A stretch of DNA of 64,000 bases from a virus (lineage: Duplodnaviria; Heunggongvirae; Uroviricota; Caudoviricetes): positions 29,865 to 93,864 of the IMG/VR virus record IMGVR_UViG_3300047160_006104. One strand, 5' to 3'. Positions 1-10,623 of this stretch are shown here, in pieces. The first letter of the stretch is position 1; each line of letters opens with the position of its first letter. Below the pieces are notes generated by a model. The model was not told the origin of the DNA and made no database searches. It saw only the letters and a program-made list of their open reading frames with translations. A program made the position numbers and the translations under genes.

Positions 1-1846
1 CACCCCTTTCATCGGGGTTACCCAGCAGGCGCTGGTCGGCACCTTCACCATCCCGCCGCCCGGCGCCCTGCCGCCGGTGGGGCCGATACCTTACGACTGG
101 ACCCCGATCGTGTGGGGGCACCTGTCGGCGGGCGCGGCCAGCGGGCAGCTGTCGCAGCAAATCGGGGTCCAAGTGCTGCTCAACGCCACCTGGACCGGCC
201 CCGGCAGCCCACCGGCACCCGGGCACGGCAGCATCGGCGGCCTGTGGAGCGGGCAACTCATCGGCCGCGGCCTGGGCAACCGCGGCGGGGAAGTCAACAT
301 CATGCCCCACTACTCCACCCCCGGAACCGCGCCGACCGCCGCGATCAGCCCGACCAACAACATGGCCGTCGTCGCGGCCAACACCCCCGCCACCCTGAGT
401 GTGTGCCTGTGGAACGACGGGCATTTAGGCAACTACGCGTTCTACCCCACCTCCAGCCCGCCGCCGCTCACCCAACTGTTCGTCAACATCGACCACGCCA
501 CCACCAACACCCTGACCAACCTGCATAACGTGACTGTCGCGCTGGGCAACATCCCCGGCGAAATCAAACAAACCCTGCAGGACGCGATGGACACCGTCGC
601 CGCGCAGCTGCACGGTCTGCACCTGCCGGCTTCGGTCACCCAAGGTGTCACCACCATCAGCGACACCATCGCTTCCGACCTGGCGGCCACCCTGACCAAC
701 TTCGAGTCACTGCTCAACAGCGTCGCCTCCGACCTGGGCCTCACCGGTGTCGCTGATCCGATCACCGCGGTCGGCGACGCCCTGTCCGCGGTCACCGCCA
801 CCGTGTCCGCCGACACCCAAACCGCGATCGACACCGTCGGAAACGCGCTGGGTTTAACCGGAACCGGTCTCACCGCCGGCCCGGTGGCCACCCTGATCAG
901 CGACACGCACACCGCGCTGCAAACCCTGGCCACCGACCTCGGGCTAACCGGGGTGACCGACCTGGTGGCCAGCGTGCAATCCGGGCTGCGCAGCCTGACC
1001 GGCACCATCGCCACCGGCGTACAAACCAGCATCGACACCGTCGCTAACCTGCTCGGCCTGCCCGGCACCGGCAACACCCCCACCGCGGTAGCCGACGTGA
1101 TCGGCGAGCTGCACACCGTACTCACCGCGGCGGCCACCGACCTCGGGCTGACCCAACTACCCAACCCGTTCACCGCGGTGGCCAACCAACTCGCAACCTG
1201 GCAAGCCGACTTCCAAGCCGGGCTGGCCACCCTGACCAGCGACATCCAACACGCGGTGGACCAGATCGCCAACGCGTTCGGCGTCGCAGGCACCGGCGTC
1301 TCAGCCGCCACAGTCACCAACGCGCTGAACACGCTGCAACCCGCGCTCGACGACCTCGCCGCTGAACTCGGCCTGCTCAGCATCAGCAACCTCGTCTCCG
1401 AACTGACAGCGTTCACCGCGCCCGTCACCACACCCATCCAAGCCGCGTTCGACGCCTTGACCACCGCGCTGAACGCCGGCGTCGGACACACCAGAAGCGA
1501 AGTCATCGGCATCCTCAACAACTTCCAATCCGCCCTCGACGGGGTCGGGGCCGCGCTGGGCATGGCCGCCGGAGCCACCGTCGACGACATCTTCACCGCC
1601 CTGGCCGACATCACCGGCTTCGTAGCCGGAACCATCGGAACACCCGTGCAGAACGCGTTGAACACATTAGGTGCGCTGCTCGGCGTGTCGGGCGCCTACG
1701 CCGGGCTGGATGCGGTACTGCTCAAACTGGAACCGCTGCTGGGCAACAGGCTGAGCAAATTCAGCACCGACGCGCAACTGTTCATCATGGTGGTTCCGAT
1801 CAGTCCGCAACCGTTGACGTTCATCGGAGTCGAAGGAGCGCCATGA
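1..1846 (+). CDS. minor tail / fibre-like repeat protein, 5'-truncated at window edge
   Basis: Frame open from nt 2 with no stop (ORF listed 77..1846). ~40-aa helical repeats 'DLGLTGV..AV..'. C-terminal ~140 aa (WTPIVWGH..GQLIGRG.GN..GEVNIMPHYS..LYNDG..DAQLFIM) paralogous to C-terminus of next gene. Stop overlaps next ATG (ATGA at 1843). Confidence 0.65.
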   Translation, partial: TPFIGVTQQALVGTFTIPPPGALPPVGPIPYDWTPIVWGHLSAGAASGQLSQQIGVQVLLNATWTGPGSPPAPGHGSIGGLWSGQLIGRGLGNRGGEVNIMPHYSTPGTAPTAAISPTNNMAVVAANTPATLSVCLWNDGHLGNYAFYPTSSPPPLTQLFVNIDHATTNTLTNLHNVTVALGNIPGEIKQTLQDAMDTVAAQLHGLHLPASVTQGVTTISDTIASDLAATLTNFESLLNSVASDLGLTGVADPITAVGDALSAVTATVSADTQTAIDTVGNALGLTGTGLTAGPVATLISDTHTALQTLATDLGLTGVTDLVASVQSGLRSLTGTIATGVQTSIDTVANLLGLPGTGNTPTAVADVIGELHTVLTAAATDLGLTQLPNPFTAVANQLATWQADFQAGLATLTSDIQHAVDQIANAFGVAGTGVSAATVTNALNTLQPALDDLAAELGLLSISNLVSELTAFTAPVTTPIQAAFDALTTALNAGVGHTRSEVIGILNNFQSALDGVGAALGMAAGATVDDIFTALADITGFVAGTIGTPVQNALNTLGALLGVSGAYAGLDAVLLKLEPLLGNRLSKFSTDAQLFIMVVPISPQPLTFIGVEGAP

Positions 1847-2967
1847 CCACCGCCATCATCGACCAACCGCAACTGGCGTCCTACCTGATCAACACCCGCG
1901 TGTACGGGTATGTGGTGCCCGCCACCGGGCAACTGCAGACCACCATGACCTACGAGGTTCAAGGCGACCAGGGCACCCTGATGATGGCCGTCGTGATCGG
2001 ACCCGAAGGCCCAGCCGGCGCGGACATGTTCCTACTCAACCTGCAAACCAGCGCGGTTGAAGACCCCGGCGACCTGCCCCAAAATTTGGGCAACACCAAA
2101 GCCGACATCGGCAAGACGTGGATGTTTGACGACATAGCCGCCAACGGCGACATCATCGGCTCGTCCGCGTACGTGTGGTACGGCACCTCGTATCGGCGGA
2201 TGATGTTCGGCGAACCAGGCCCACCCGGGCCGGTGCCCGTCATCAACCCCAGCGTGACCCTGGTCGACCCGACCACCCAAACCTCCTCGGTCACCATCCC
2301 CACCGGCACCAACCCCTACACCCCGGCGATGAACTTTTCGCTGGCGGCGCCGGCAGGTCCGCAAGGCCCGGCGATGGCGATGGCCACCTGCCCCGACGTG
2401 GACTTGGTCACCAACCCGCCCCAGGCCGGCGACGTGCTGGGCACCACCGGCCGCAAAACCCCCGACGGCAACTACACCATCTGGGAACCCGTCAACATCA
2501 ACCAACTGCTGCCTTCCCCGTTCTCCATGCCCGAATCCTCGTTTTCCTCGTTCTCAGGCATCAGCGCACGCGCAGCCATCGGCAGCTTCGCCATCGCCCA
2601 GCAACCGTGGCCGTGGACGCCGGTGGTGTGGGGTCACATCGGCGCGTTCGGTGTCGAACTGTCCGCTAACCCGCTGCTCATCGGCTGCGAAGTGCGGTTA
2701 GGTGACCCCACCACCGGGCAGCTCATCGGCCGCGGATTCGGCAACTCGCTAGGTGAGGTCAACATCATGCCTCACTATTCGGACCCTAACCAGCCCGGTA
2801 GTGCCATCACCCCAGCCAACACCATGGGCGTGGTCCCAGCTAATCATTCCAATCCGGCCGAAGGAACGATCTACGTGTCGCTTTACAACGACGGAGAGAT
2901 CGGGCTGTACATGTTCCACCCCACTGACGCCCAGCTGTTCATCATGCTGGTCCCGGTCACAACATAA
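1843..2967 (+). CDS. minor tail protein with collagen-like Gly-X-Y stretches
   Basis: 374 aa. GPEGPAGAD, GEPGPPGPVPV, APAGPQGPA motifs typical of mycobacteriophage minor tail proteins. Shares C-terminal domain with upstream gene. Translationally coupled. Confidence 0.7.
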   Translation: MTTAIIDQPQLASYLINTRVYGYVVPATGQLQTTMTYEVQGDQGTLMMAVVIGPEGPAGADMFLLNLQTSAVEDPGDLPQNLGNTKADIGKTWMFDDIAANGDIIGSSAYVWYGTSYRRMMFGEPGPPGPVPVINPSVTLVDPTTQTSSVTIPTGTNPYTPAMNFSLAAPAGPQGPAMAMATCPDVDLVTNPPQAGDVLGTTGRKTPDGNYTIWEPVNINQLLPSPFSMPESSFSSFSGISARAAIGSFAIAQQPWPWTPVVWGHIGAFGVELSANPLLIGCEVRLGDPTTGQLIGRGFGNSLGEVNIMPHYSDPNQPGSAITPANTMGVVPANHSNPAEGTIYVSLYNDGEIGLYMFHPTDAQLFIMLVPVTT

Positions 2968-3074
2968 GGGGGGACAGTCTTATCGCCGGCGCTATTGACC
3001 TGAAATCCGGTAGCCGATCGCTGACCGGAATCAACCTGTTCCAGGTCGACAAAAGCCCGTTAAACGAGCTGAAC

Positions 3075-6000
3075 ATGGGCGTCGAGGACGTCATCGGTCA
3101 GCAGGCCGTGCACGCCGCCGGCATGATCGTCGCGAATTTCGAGGCGATGGCCGCGACCATCGTCGGTGTCTCCGCTGCTGAACTGGCTGCGCTGGGCGGC
3201 GACGTCGCCACCGTTTTGGACACGTTTTTCTCCAACATCCTGGCGTTTCTGGGTAACCTCGACCCGCTGAACGAACTGTTCAAAATCGAGACCGCCGCCG
3301 AAAACTTCGTGCATTCGCGGCTACTGGGAACCCAGCATTTCTTCGACCTCCTCGGCCTGCTGGGGCACCCGCTGGGTCTGGGAACTGGCAACCCGATCCT
3401 GCCGATCGACCCGACGAAAATCCCCGTCCTGGGCCCCATCATCGGCGACGTCGAACAATCGGCGAGCAACTGGGAAACCTTGCTGACCGGGACCGGGAAA
3501 ACCATCGAGGAACTCGCCTCCGAGTTGGCGTCAGGTATCGCCTCAGGTGTGGCGGCGATCGACCAGGCGCTGCGGGACGCGGTCGCGCACGCGTTAGGGC
3601 ACTTCGGCGGTGAACCCTACAGCGACCTGGACGTCAAAGCGTTCCTCGAGGAAATCCCGATGGAGGTGATCCGGGGCATCCTGTCCACCAGCGTCACCCT
3701 CGTCGACGACGTCACCGCTTTCGCTAAAGCGTTGTGGGGCGACATCATTCCGCTGTCGAAGATCCTCAACACCGCGATCCAGAATTTCCTCACCGGCCAC
3801 ACCAGCCTCGCTGACGATTTGACCGCGCTGTCCAACGCGCTGTGGGGCGGCCCCACAGCCTTATCTAAAATCCTGTCCTCGGGTATCGCGAACATCCTCG
3901 CCGGGGGCGCTGACCTGGGCGCGGACATGGCCACCATCGCCAACGCGCTGTGGGGATCCACCACACCGTTAGGCAAAATCCTGTCCTCAGGGATCGCGAA
4001 CATTCTGGCTGGCGGCGCCGACCTGGGCGCGGACATGGCCACCATCGCCAACGCCTTATGGGGCTCCACCACACCCTTAGGCAAGATTCTGGCGGCGGGT
4101 ATCCAGAACCTGTTCGGCGGCACAGATTTAGGCAACGAGCTGCGCCAACTGCTCGGCGGCTCCTACCCGAAAACGTTCCCGTTCGTGTTCGGGTTCTCGC
4201 CAGCCGGTGCTTTAGCCGGAGCCAAAGCTGACCTGGCGAAGTTTCAGCAACTGATCGACGGCATCGCGGGCACCGTCGGCGGGGACGTCAAAGACGCCGT
4301 CAACGCATTCCACTCGGGGCTGGCTGAAGCGAAAAGTTTCATCTCCCAAGCCATCTTGGATGGCATCAACGGAACAAACTTCTTCACCGGCATCGCGCAG
4401 GCGCTGCAGAACATTCCCGCCGAAAACATCATCGGCGCCGTCCTGTCGGCGATCGACCAGGATTTGCGGGACATCATCGCCAACGCGTTAGGTCATCCCG
4501 GGTCCGGGTTCATCCTGTCGCAGGTTGAAGCGTTCCTCAAAACCATCCCGCCTCCCAACATCGTCAGCTTTCTGACCGGCAACACCACCCTGGCTGACGA
4601 CATGGCGTCGCTGTCCAACGCGTTGTGGGGGTCAAACACGCCGTTGGGCAAAATCCTGTCCTCGGGGATCGCGAACATTCTGGCTGGCGGCGCCGACCTG
4701 GGCGCGGACCTGTCCACCATCGCCAACGCGCTGTGGGGCGGCATCACGCCTTTGGCGACGATCCTCAACACAGCCATCGCGAGCTTTTTCACCGGCCACA
4801 CCACGCTGGCTGACGATTTGACCGCATTGTCCAACGCGTTGTGGGGCGGCCCGACGGTGCTGGCGAAAATTCTGGCCGGCGGCGTCTCCAACATTCTGGC
4901 CGGGGGCGCCAGCTTGGGCGCGGACATGGCCACGATCGCTAACGCGTTGTGGGGGTCGACCACCCCGTTGGGCAAGATTTTGGCGAACGGTATTCAGAAC
5001 CTTTTCGGCGGCGCCAGCCTCGGCGCGGAGCTGCGCCAACTGCTCGGCGGCTCCTTCCCGAAAACGTTCCCGTTCGTGTTCGGGCAGTCGCCGACAGGCG
5101 CGCTCGCCGGGGCCAAAGCGGATTTGGCGAAATTGCAGCAACTGATCGACGGCATCGCGGGCACCGTGGGTGGGGACGTTAAAGACGCGGTCAACGCGTT
5201 CCATTCGGGGCTGGCTGAGGCGAAAAGTGAAATCTCGCAGGCGATTTTGGATGGCATTAGTGGTTCTAATTTTTTCACCGGCATCGCGCAGGCGCTGCAG
5301 AACATTCCGGTGGAGAACATCATCGGTGCCGCGTTGGCGGCGATCGATCAAGAGCTGCGGGACGCCATCGCCAACGCGTTAGGGCATCTCGGGTCCGGGT
5401 TCATCCCTTCGCAGATCGAAGCGTTCCTCAAATCCATCCCGACCATCAATATTGTCGCCCTGCTGTCGGGGAACACCACCCTGGCCGACGACATGAGTGC
5501 ACTCGCTAACGCGTTGTGGGGGTCAACCACACCGTTAGGCAAAATCCTGTCCTCGGGGATCGCGAACATTCTCGCTGGCGGCGCCGACCTGGGCGCCGAC
5601 ATGAGCACCGTGGCCAACGCGTTGTGGGGCTCCACGACACCGTTGGGTAAAATCCTCGCCTCGGGGATCGCGAACATTCTCGCTGGCGGCGCCAACCTGG
5701 GCGCCGACATGAGCACCGTGGCCAACGCGTTGTGGGGGTCGACCACCCCGCTGGCGAAGATCCTCAACACCGCCATCTCCAACATTCTGGTTGGGGGCGC
5801 CAGCCTGGGCGCCGACATGGGCACCATCGCCAACGCGTTGTGGGGGTCGACCACCCCGCTGGCGAAGATCCTCAACACCGCGATCGGGGCCGTGTTCGGC
5901 GGCGCCAGCCTCGGCGCCGAATTCCATGCGCTGCTCGGCGGCTCCTACCCGAAAACGTTCCCATTCACGTTCGGGCAGTCACCGACGGGTGCTGTAGCGG

Positions 6001-8606
6001 TCGCCAAAGCGGATTTGGCGAAGTTTCAGCAGCTCGTCGACGGGTTCGCCGGAACGGTGGGTGGGGATGTGTCGGCCGCGGTGAAAGCGTTCCACTCGGG
6101 TTTGGCTGAGGCGAAAAACGAAATCTCCCAAGCCATCTTGGATGGCATCAACGGCACCAACGTGTTCACCGGTATCGCGCAGGCGCTGCAGAACGTGCCC
6201 TACAGCAACATCGTCAGCTTTTTAACCGGCCACGCCAACCTCGGCCAAGACATCAACGCGCTATCCAACGCCATCTGGGGCGGGCCGTCCCCGCTGTCCT
6301 ACGTGCTGAACAGCAAAGTCGCCAGCCTGCTATCCGGTAGTACCACGCTGGCTGACGACATCACCACCTTCGGGAAAGCGCTGTGGGGTTCCACCGGCCT
6401 GGTCCCGGCGTCCAAAATTCTGTCCTCAGCGGTCGCGAACCTGCTGACCGGCAACACCACCCTGGCTGATGACATGGCGTCGCTGTCCAACGCGCTGTGG
6501 GGCGGGCAAACCCCGCTGTCCTATGTGCTGAACAGCAAAATTCAGAACCTGCTATCCGGCAACACCACCCTGGCCGGTGATTTGGCGTCGCTGTCCAACG
6601 CGTTGTGGGGTGGCCAAACCCCGCTGTCCTACGTGCTGAACAGCAAAGTCGCCAGCCTGCTATCCGGTAGTACCACGCTGGCTGACGACATCACCACCTT
6701 CGGGAAAGCATTATGGGGCGGCACAGGCCTCATCCCGGCCACGAAAATCCTGTTGGCGAACATCGCCAGTTTCCTGACCGGACACACCACCCTGGCTGAC
6801 GACATCACCTCCATCGCCAACGCATTGTGGGGCGGCCCGACAGCCTTGGCCAAGATTCTGGCCTCAAGCATCGGATCTGTGCTCGGCGGCACCAGCCTCG
6901 GCGGCGATATTGCGCAGAATCTGGCTGCCAGCTTCCCGAAAACGTTCCCGTTCATCTTCGGAACCACCACCGCAACCAACCCGCTTCACTTGGTGTCCTA
7001 CAGCGACTGGCAGCAACTGCTCGACGGGATGGCCGGGAAAGCCGGCAGCACCGTCAACGCCGCAGTCAACGGGTTTCACTCGAAACTGGCCACCGTCAAA
7101 AGCGACCTCTCCCAAGACCTCATCAACGGGCTGAGCCCCACCGTCAACGCGATCACCGGGGCCGGGCAAGCGTTCGAAGGTTTCGCGAACAACCTGTTCG
7201 GCGGCGCCAACCCGCTATCGGCGCCCATCCAATACCCGGCGCTGCCTCAAATCAACGTCGGCGGCGCCGTCACCGACATCGGGTCGCATGTGCAAACCCT
7301 GGTCGACAGCGTGATCGGGTCTCTGGGTGGGGCCAGCGGCGGCAACGCGCCGTCGCTGCTGGGTCAGTGGATGGCCAAGATTCCGCACGGCAACATCATC
7401 ATCCCCGGCAGCCCGGCCATCGGCCTGGGCGGCATCACCTGGGACTCCTCGCAGACCACCTCGACCACCGGCTCCAGCTCGTCGCTGGGCACCTCCTGGC
7501 TGCACACCATCGGCTCGACCACCTACACCCCGGCGCCCCCAGCGTCCCCGGTCACCTACACCGCCAACTTCCTGACCGTCAAAATCACGTTCCAATCCGG
7601 CGCGGCCAACCCCGGCAACCTCGCATCCAACGTCACCTACGCCGGGGTGAACATGACCCTGCTGCAAGCGGTCAACCAAGGCCAGCTCTACACCCAGATA
7701 TGGGGCCTGGGCAACCCGCCGTCCGGCATCAACACCGTGTCCGCGACAGCGTGGGTCACCACCGGCCTGAACACGGTCACCATCCTGGTCTGCGAATCAG
7801 ACTCCTACTACGACGTCAGGGAAGTCGGCAGCATCATCACCAACGCCGGCACCAGCGGCTCCCCCAACATCGCCAACATGGCGTCAGGCGCCGTCGACTG
7901 GGTGGTGCAAACCATCGCCGCGCTCGGCAACTCCTCGTTGGGTACCTTCGTCGGCTACAGCAGCAGCCCCGCAGCCAACACAGGTGCACCGCGCGGCAAC
8001 ACCAACACCATCAACGGCGCATCCTCCATCACACTGCTGGCCAGCGACTCCACCGGCATCGGCGGCAGCGTCACCTTCGCTGTGACAGCCAGCGCGTTCA
8101 TCTCCGAATGGATCGCCATCGGCGTCAACCTGGTCCCGATACCTACTGGCGCTATCGGCTCAGGATTCCTCCAATACCGCAGCCTGACCGCCACCTACAA
8201 CACCTCCACCGGCGACCAGCTCCTGCCCAGCAGCTTCTTCGACATCAACCAATACAACACCCCCGACCTGTCCTACCTATCGGCGACGCACAACCAACTG
8301 ACCGTCAACAATGCCGGCTGGTACGCCATCAAAATCTCCGTCTACCTCGACGCGTCCGCCGGCGTCAATCAACTCGGGGTGATCCTCTACCAAAACGGTG
8401 CCATCACCCAACGCGGCACCCCTCACCTCGACTTCTCCGGACGCTCCTACACCGGCCCCGTCGGCGACACCTTCTTCACCTACTGCGACGTAGGTGACAC
8501 CCTGCAACCCGGAATCAGCACCAGCACCGGCTACGTCCTGTTCGGCGAATCCACCGGCACCTACTGCTACTGGTCAGTCACCCTGTGCAACCGGAGTCTG
8601 CTGTGA
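3075..8606 (+). CDS. giant internally repetitive tail fibre / minor tail protein (1843 aa)
   Basis: Three ~300-aa super-repeats, each holding arrays of 36-aa 'ALWGSTTPLGKILSSGIANILAGGADLGADMATIAN' units. Non-repetitive Ser/Thr-rich beta-type C-terminal ~550 aa. Lies between other tail genes, so not the tape measure by position. No in-frame alternative start upstream of ATG 3075. Confidence 0.75.
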   Translation: MGVEDVIGQQAVHAAGMIVANFEAMAATIVGVSAAELAALGGDVATVLDTFFSNILAFLGNLDPLNELFKIETAAENFVHSRLLGTQHFFDLLGLLGHPLGLGTGNPILPIDPTKIPVLGPIIGDVEQSASNWETLLTGTGKTIEELASELASGIASGVAAIDQALRDAVAHALGHFGGEPYSDLDVKAFLEEIPMEVIRGILSTSVTLVDDVTAFAKALWGDIIPLSKILNTAIQNFLTGHTSLADDLTALSNALWGGPTALSKILSSGIANILAGGADLGADMATIANALWGSTTPLGKILSSGIANILAGGADLGADMATIANALWGSTTPLGKILAAGIQNLFGGTDLGNELRQLLGGSYPKTFPFVFGFSPAGALAGAKADLAKFQQLIDGIAGTVGGDVKDAVNAFHSGLAEAKSFISQAILDGINGTNFFTGIAQALQNIPAENIIGAVLSAIDQDLRDIIANALGHPGSGFILSQVEAFLKTIPPPNIVSFLTGNTTLADDMASLSNALWGSNTPLGKILSSGIANILAGGADLGADLSTIANALWGGITPLATILNTAIASFFTGHTTLADDLTALSNALWGGPTVLAKILAGGVSNILAGGASLGADMATIANALWGSTTPLGKILANGIQNLFGGASLGAELRQLLGGSFPKTFPFVFGQSPTGALAGAKADLAKLQQLIDGIAGTVGGDVKDAVNAFHSGLAEAKSEISQAILDGISGSNFFTGIAQALQNIPVENIIGAALAAIDQELRDAIANALGHLGSGFIPSQIEAFLKSIPTINIVALLSGNTTLADDMSALANALWGSTTPLGKILSSGIANILAGGADLGADMSTVANALWGSTTPLGKILASGIANILAGGANLGADMSTVANALWGSTTPLAKILNTAISNILVGGASLGADMGTIANALWGSTTPLAKILNTAIGAVFGGASLGAEFHALLGGSYPKTFPFTFGQSPTGAVAVAKADLAKFQQLVDGFAGTVGGDVSAAVKAFHSGLAEAKNEISQAILDGINGTNVFTGIAQALQNVPYSNIVSFLTGHANLGQDINALSNAIWGGPSPLSYVLNSKVASLLSGSTTLADDITTFGKALWGSTGLVPASKILSSAVANLLTGNTTLADDMASLSNALWGGQTPLSYVLNSKIQNLLSGNTTLAGDLASLSNALWGGQTPLSYVLNSKVASLLSGSTTLADDITTFGKALWGGTGLIPATKILLANIASFLTGHTTLADDITSIANALWGGPTALAKILASSIGSVLGGTSLGGDIAQNLAASFPKTFPFIFGTTTATNPLHLVSYSDWQQLLDGMAGKAGSTVNAAVNGFHSKLATVKSDLSQDLINGLSPTVNAITGAGQAFEGFANNLFGGANPLSAPIQYPALPQINVGGAVTDIGSHVQTLVDSVIGSLGGASGGNAPSLLGQWMAKIPHGNIIIPGSPAIGLGGITWDSSQTTSTTGSSSSLGTSWLHTIGSTTYTPAPPASPVTYTANFLTVKITFQSGAANPGNLASNVTYAGVNMTLLQAVNQGQLYTQIWGLGNPPSGINTVSATAWVTTGLNTVTILVCESDSYYDVREVGSIITNAGTSGSPNIANMASGAVDWVVQTIAALGNSSLGTFVGYSSSPAANTGAPRGNTNTINGASSITLLASDSTGIGGSVTFAVTASAFISEWIAIGVNLVPIPTGAIGSGFLQYRSLTATYNTSTGDQLLPSSFFDINQYNTPDLSYLSATHNQLTVNNAGWYAIKISVYLDASAGVNQLGVILYQNGAITQRGTPHLDFSGRSYTGPVGDTFFTYCDVGDTLQPGISTSTGYVLFGESTGTYCYWSVTLCNRSLL

Positions 8607-8676
8607 GCGGCTCGACGTCGCACTGCTTAACCGAAGCTCCCTGTAAAAACAGTAACCACCTAAAGGAGAGATTTGA

Positions 8677-9669
8677 ATGTCCTACCCACTGACCACCGCC
8701 TGGACCACCAACTCCACCTTCGCCTACACCGACCAGAACAACATCAACGCCGCCGTCAACTACGCCTGGTTCAGCGTCGACGACGGACCGTTCCCGGTCC
8801 GGCTGGCCACCACCGGCGCAGAAACCTTCACCATCGCCTCGGGTTCGGTCACCACCATCAACGGCACCACCATCGACGGGGTCACCGTGCAGGTCGGTGA
8901 CCCGATCCTGATCAAAGACGCCCCCGCATCCACCGGCGCCGGATCGGTGAACTCGCTGCAACCCGGCAACGGCATCTACTTCGCCACCGCGGTGGCCACC
9001 AACATCAGCGTGGCGCGGGCCAATCCGCTGCTCGGCAACTACGGACCGCAGTCCATCTACAGCGGCCAATCCTCACCGGCTGATCAAGTGGCCATCATCT
9101 CCCCGGCAGGCACCCTCAACGGCGGCTCCATCTGGCAAGTGCTGGCCCCCTCCAACCTCACCACCGCCTTCACCTACGGCACCACCTCCATGCAGTGGCG
9201 CTGCCTGTACGGCGGCGCGGTGTCCATCACCAGCGGCCAGGCCACCTCATCGACCAACCAAACCCAGCTCGCGTCCTACCGGGTGCCCGCCAACGCGATG
9301 GCCGCCGGCACTAGCTACAAAGTGAAAGTGTTCGGCACCCAATCCACCACGTCAGGAACCATCGCCTACCAAATCCACTGCGGCACCGCCAACACCACCG
9401 CCGACGCGGTCATCGCCAACGGCGCATCCCCCGCCGTCGCCGCGTCGGGCACCACCTGGTTCGACGGCCTGTTCACCTGCCGCACCACCGGCTCAGCGGG
9501 AACCTGCATCGCCGGAGGTGTGGGCATCGGATCCACCACCACGGTGTCCACCACCACCGGCACCGCCACCGTCAACACCACCGTGCAGAACTTCGTCTCG
9601 GTGTCCGCGGCGGCCAGCGCCGGCACCCACACCGCGCAAAATATTTTCATCGGACCCGCCGAAGCATAA
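8677..9669 (+). CDS. minor tail / receptor-binding-like protein (Thr/Ser/Gly-rich beta protein)
   Basis: 330 aa. Strong RBS AAAGGAGAG 7 nt upstream of ATG. Composition typical of phage tail tip proteins. Confidence 0.7.
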   Translation: MSYPLTTAWTTNSTFAYTDQNNINAAVNYAWFSVDDGPFPVRLATTGAETFTIASGSVTTINGTTIDGVTVQVGDPILIKDAPASTGAGSVNSLQPGNGIYFATAVATNISVARANPLLGNYGPQSIYSGQSSPADQVAIISPAGTLNGGSIWQVLAPSNLTTAFTYGTTSMQWRCLYGGAVSITSGQATSSTNQTQLASYRVPANAMAAGTSYKVKVFGTQSTTSGTIAYQIHCGTANTTADAVIANGASPAVAASGTTWFDGLFTCRTTGSAGTCIAGGVGIGSTTTVSTTTGTATVNTTVQNFVSVSAAASAGTHTAQNIFIGPAEA

Positions 9670-10328
9670 TGCGGCTGATCGTCGGATTCCCGCTATATCA
9701 CCAGGTCCCGGTCAACTGGTTTTCCCGGTGGCTGGCGATGGAAGCGTTCAACGTCGAAGCCACCATCGTCATCAACGGCGCCTACATCACCGTCGCGATG
9801 GAGATGCTCGTCGCTAAAGCCCTGCAACGCGACAACTGGGACCGCCTCGTCATCTACGAACACGACATGGTCCCACCGGTCAACGCGCTCACCCGCATCG
9901 CCCAATATCAGCCCGAGCACGACATTGTCGGCTGCATGTACTTCAAACACGACCCGCCGCATCACGCGCTGGTGTACATCGAAGAACCCGACACCATCAC
10001 CTACAACCCGATCACCCCGATGACCGTCAAAGACTGGTGCGACGACCCCCGCCTGTATCAGGTCGACGGGGTCGGATTCGGGTTCACTTCCATCGCGCGG
10101 CACGTCCTGGAAAACTGGAACCCTGACATTCCGATGTTTCACCTCGACCACCTGTTCGGGTCGCACGACCTGTGGTTCTGCCACCAGGCCCGCCAACAGG
10201 GCTACCGGGTGTTCGTCGATTCAGGTATCCGCTGCCAACACCTCAGCCAGATACCGATCGGTTACGACGACAACCAGCAGATGGCCGACACCATCGACTA
10301 CGGTCAGGTCATCCCGTTCACACGGTAA
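9669..10328 (+). CDS. GT-A fold glycosyltransferase-like protein
   Basis: 219 aa. 'IYEHDMVPP' (DxD-like acidic motif) and 'FGSHDLWFCHQARQQGYRVFVD' resembling GT2 C-terminal region. ATGA overlap with tail gene. Confidence 0.45.
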   Translation: MRLIVGFPLYHQVPVNWFSRWLAMEAFNVEATIVINGAYITVAMEMLVAKALQRDNWDRLVIYEHDMVPPVNALTRIAQYQPEHDIVGCMYFKHDPPHHALVYIEEPDTITYNPITPMTVKDWCDDPRLYQVDGVGFGFTSIARHVLENWNPDIPMFHLDHLFGSHDLWFCHQARQQGYRVFVDSGIRCQHLSQIPIGYDDNQQMADTIDYGQVIPFTR

Positions 10329-10623
10329 GGTCACCGAACTGCGCGCCGAGCAGCTGCTCCAACTGCTGCTCCGGTAACTCCGCGCCCAGCAGCGAACGCA
10401 GCTGCTCCAACTGTTCCCGAACTTCCGGGCTGGCCAACGCTTGGCGTATCGCGGCGACTTTGAACTTGAACATCAACTCCGCGAAATACCACCGCACCTC
10501 ATCCAACTCGACCCGTAACTGCGTGACCTGCGCCTCCAACGAGGCGATCCGGCCGGGTTTGATGATCGGCGCACCGGCCTCAATCTTTTTAATGCCATCA
10601 CCCAGCATCGAGCTGTCGGTCAT
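10318..10623 (-). CDS. hypothetical protein (coiled-coil)
   Basis: 101-aa ORF, first of three overlapping minus-strand genes (ATGA junctions). Confidence 0.5.
   Translation of the reverse strand: MTDSSMLGDGIKKIEAGAPIIKPGRIASLEAQVTQLRVELDEVRWYFAELMFKFKVAAIRQALASPEVREQLEQLRSLLGAELPEQQLEQLLGAQFGDLTV

Noticed and set aside
3098-8497. Many long antisense/alternative-frame ORFs inside the 1843-aa gene (e.g. 3617..4135-, 4493..4975-, 5348..5878-, 6827..8497+) with their own internal repeats
   Set aside because: They mirror the sense-strand repeats. Arg/Pro/Gly-rich composition is typical of wrong-frame translation of GC-rich DNA. The sense frame is continuous and protein-like.
3075-8606. Tape measure protein
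   Set aside because: Flanked on both sides by tail fibre / minor tail genes, and followed by the receptor-binding-like gene. The repeat is 36 aa, not the 11-aa-type TMP periodicity.
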